Of a stretch of DNA of 64,000 bases, positions 60,356 to 64,000 are shown one piece after another. The translations under genes and the position numbers were made by a program. This DNA is from Trueperaceae bacterium (GTDB lineage: Bacteria > Deinococcota > Deinococci > Deinococcales > Trueperaceae): contig OZ243913.1 in NCBI GenBank assembly GCA_965213705.1, positions 2,880,001 to 2,944,000 of the forward strand, in the 5' to 3' direction. The notes under the pieces were generated by a model. That model saw only the letters and a program-made list of their open reading frames with translations, made no database searches and was not told where the DNA came from. The first letter of the stretch is position 1, and every line of letters begins with the position of its first letter.

Positions 60356-61014
60356 AGCGCGACCTCATTTTCATCCTGGGCCTGTTGCTGGCAACCCTGG
60401 GCCACGCCCAACCGTGGACGGTGCAAACCGTGGCGCTGCAAGACTACGGCGAAGCGCTCGCCGTCAGCGACCAGTTGAGGGCGCTCAGCTACGACGCCTA
60501 CGTCGACTTTGGGCTGTACGAAGGCCAGCAGTTCGTGCGGGTGCGGGTCGGCTGTTTTGACGACCAAGACAGCGCCGCTTTTTTTGCGAGCCAACTCGTC
60601 GGCGTCACGGCCGAGGCGGTCGCGGTCCCGCTCGAGGCGGCTCCCAAGACTTCGTTCTGTGTGCAGCGCGTGGTCGGTTTCGAGCCGCCGCCGGTTTGGG
60701 GCGTGCTGGGAACGACCGCGTCCGCCGTCAGCTTTTGGGTCGAGGTGCTCGGGCAGCGGCGCTTTGTCGTTTTTACCGGAACCGCGTGGCGCGTCGCACA
60801 GTCCGAGCAAGACGTCGCCGACCTCACCCGAACGGCAACGGCCGAGCGAGGTGCGGCCCTTTTCCGGCAAGACGCAAACGCGCGCGTCTTATGCGACTGG
60901 CGCGGGACGCCCTTCAACGTGACGACGGGACAACTGCTCTGGCAGGGCGGCGCGTGGGCAATCGTCCTGGAAGCCGGTGCGGTCACGGCGTATCATGTGG
61001 AGGGTGTCGACTAG
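60352..61014 (+). CDS. Secreted SPOR-like domain protein
   Basis: Signal peptide; WTVQTVAL and VRVRVGCF resemble SPOR strands. Confidence 0.65.
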   Translation: MKRDLIFILGLLLATLGHAQPWTVQTVALQDYGEALAVSDQLRALSYDAYVDFGLYEGQQFVRVRVGCFDDQDSAAFFASQLVGVTAEAVAVPLEAAPKTSFCVQRVVGFEPPPVWGVLGTTASAVSFWVEVLGQRRFVVFTGTAWRVAQSEQDVADLTRTATAERGAALFRQDANARVLCDWRGTPFNVTTGQLLWQGGAWAIVLEAGAVTAYHVEGVD

Positions 61015-61028
61015 ATGAGAGACAGAAT

Positions 61029-61884
61029 GTGAAACGCTTCGTTATTTTGACGGGTTTGAGTGGGGCGGGCAAAACGACCGGTTTGCACGCCCTGGAGGAC
61101 TTGGGCTTTTTTACGGCCGACAACGTGCCGCCGAGCTTGTGGCTCGGCCTCGTCGCCGAAGCCGAAGCGGCGGGGTACGAAACGCTGGCGGTCGGCGTGG
61201 ACATTCGCACGCGGGCGTACTTAGGCGAACTTGACGAGCGCTTGCTCGAGCTTCAAAGCAAAAACATCCACGCCGAAATCGTCTTTTTGGACGCCGCCGA
61301 CGACGTACTCGTCAAGCGCTACAACCTCACGCGGCGCACCCACCCGCTCGGGCAAGCGCCCCTGTCGAACGACATTGCCGCCGAGCGCGAGGCGCTGGGC
61401 TTTTTGCGCGCTCACGCCGAAATCGTGCTGGACACGTCGCGCCGCAGCGCCAAGGACTTAGTCGAGACGCTTTCCCAGCACTTCGGCCGCGAGCAAAAGT
61501 TTCGGCTGCGCCTGGTCTCTTTCGGGTTCAAACGCGGGGTGCCGATAGACGCGGACAACGTTTTCGACCTGCGCGCGTTGCCCAACCCGTATTACGACCC
61601 CGCGCTGCGACCCATCGACGGCCGCGACCCGCGGGTACAGGCCTACGTCTTTACACCGAGCACCCTGGAATTTTACACGCAGATGCGGGAATTCATCCGC
61701 GAACTCTGCGTGATGGCGCGGGCGACGGGACGCTCGAGCTACACCGTGGCGGTGGGCTGTACGGGCGGTCAACACCGCTCGGTCGCGGTGTCCGAACGCT
61801 TGGCGGCAGACTTCGCCGACACCTTCTCGTTGTTCGTCGAACACCGCGACGTCGCCGCCGCCCTGCAAGAACACGTAGGCAACC

Positions 61885-61892
<8 letters not shown>
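61029..61892 (+). CDS. rapZ: RNase adapter RapZ / YvcJ P-loop protein
   Basis: TGLSGAGKT, TRRTHPL, SFGFKRG.P, LPNPYY, GCTGGQHRSV. Confidence 0.95.
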
Positions 61893-63521
<1,629 letters not shown>

Positions 63522-63525
<4 letters not shown>

Positions 63526-64000
63526 TTGCGCTGGCGCTGACCGCCCTGTTGTCTTTTCAAGACCCGGCCGGCGACACGTTCGGCGACGGCAGTCTGGTCG
63601 CGCCGACGGCCGCGGTGTTTCGCACCTTGGGCAGCTTCGACCTGCTCGGCGCGGAAGTGCTCGACACGCCTGAACTCACGCTTGCCCTCACGTTCGCCGC
63701 GCTGCCCAACCCACTCGAGTTGCCGAACGGCTTTTCCCTACCCATCATCGAGCTTTACGTCGGTGACGAGACTGCGGGCAGCCCCGACCTGTTGCCCGGC
63801 TCGGGCATGAGCTTGCCCGGCGGCTCAAGCTGGCACTACGCGTTTCGGCTGACGGGCGACCGCGTGCAGGCGTTCGTCGCCGAGGCTGGTCCGAGCGAAG
63901 GAAACGCGGTTGACGGCGGTGCGGTTGGGCCTGGAAAAAGGGTGGAACTGAGCGCAGCGGACGGTCTGGAAGTGACGGTCGACGACAACGTCGTCACCTT
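63522..64000 (+). CDS. Glucodextranase DOMON-like domain protein (partial, runs off the window)
   Basis: Translated by hand: VIALALTALLSFQDPAGDTFGDG..PT...FDL...NPL.LPNGFS.PIIELYV. Confidence 0.75.

Overview
A GC-rich (~60-65% by eye) bacterial chromosome segment, most likely Deinococcota (Truepera-like). That assignment is an inference from the Thermus-type xylA, the rapZ-yvcK-DOMON gene order and many leaderless genes. Left to right: (1) a minus-strand sugar ABC and catabolic operon that looks like a hybrid sulfoglycolysis (sulfoquinovose) pathway, 159-9292; (2) nfi, a PHP phosphoesterase and an ornithine-cyclodeaminase-family gene; (3) purB, purC and purS interleaved with an MNT-HEPN pair (HEPN frameshifted), a GNAT remnant and Uma2; (4) a lipase, ppc and an SLH-esterase; (5) a ~16.5-kb divergent, probably GntR-regulated catabolic locus of unknown substrate, with two Tm-1-like/UPF0261 paralogues, a PEP-hydrolase TIM barrel, a creatininase, two 3-epimerases, an FAD oxidoreductase, a degenerate Fe-S partner and an ABC importer, 21467-37995; (6) a xylose operon split by an AT-rich islet of two orphan antitoxins plus DUF2971; (7) APH and MarR-MFS; (8) nfeD-floA-yqfB-phoH-pgpH-ybeY-dgkA-cdd; (9) a TPR protein, hisC/hisB/hisH, a SPOR-like protein, rapZ, yvcK and a DOMON-like gene. 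Non-coding signals: the palindrome CTCGAG is strongly over-represented (HIP-like), and there are REP-like palindromes (one probably translated), a minimal TIR-TIR element, and many 7/13/14/15/18-bp tandem repeats. I found no rRNA, tRNA, CRISPR array, transposase or phage genes. All product calls come from motif recognition by eye; no database searches were run.
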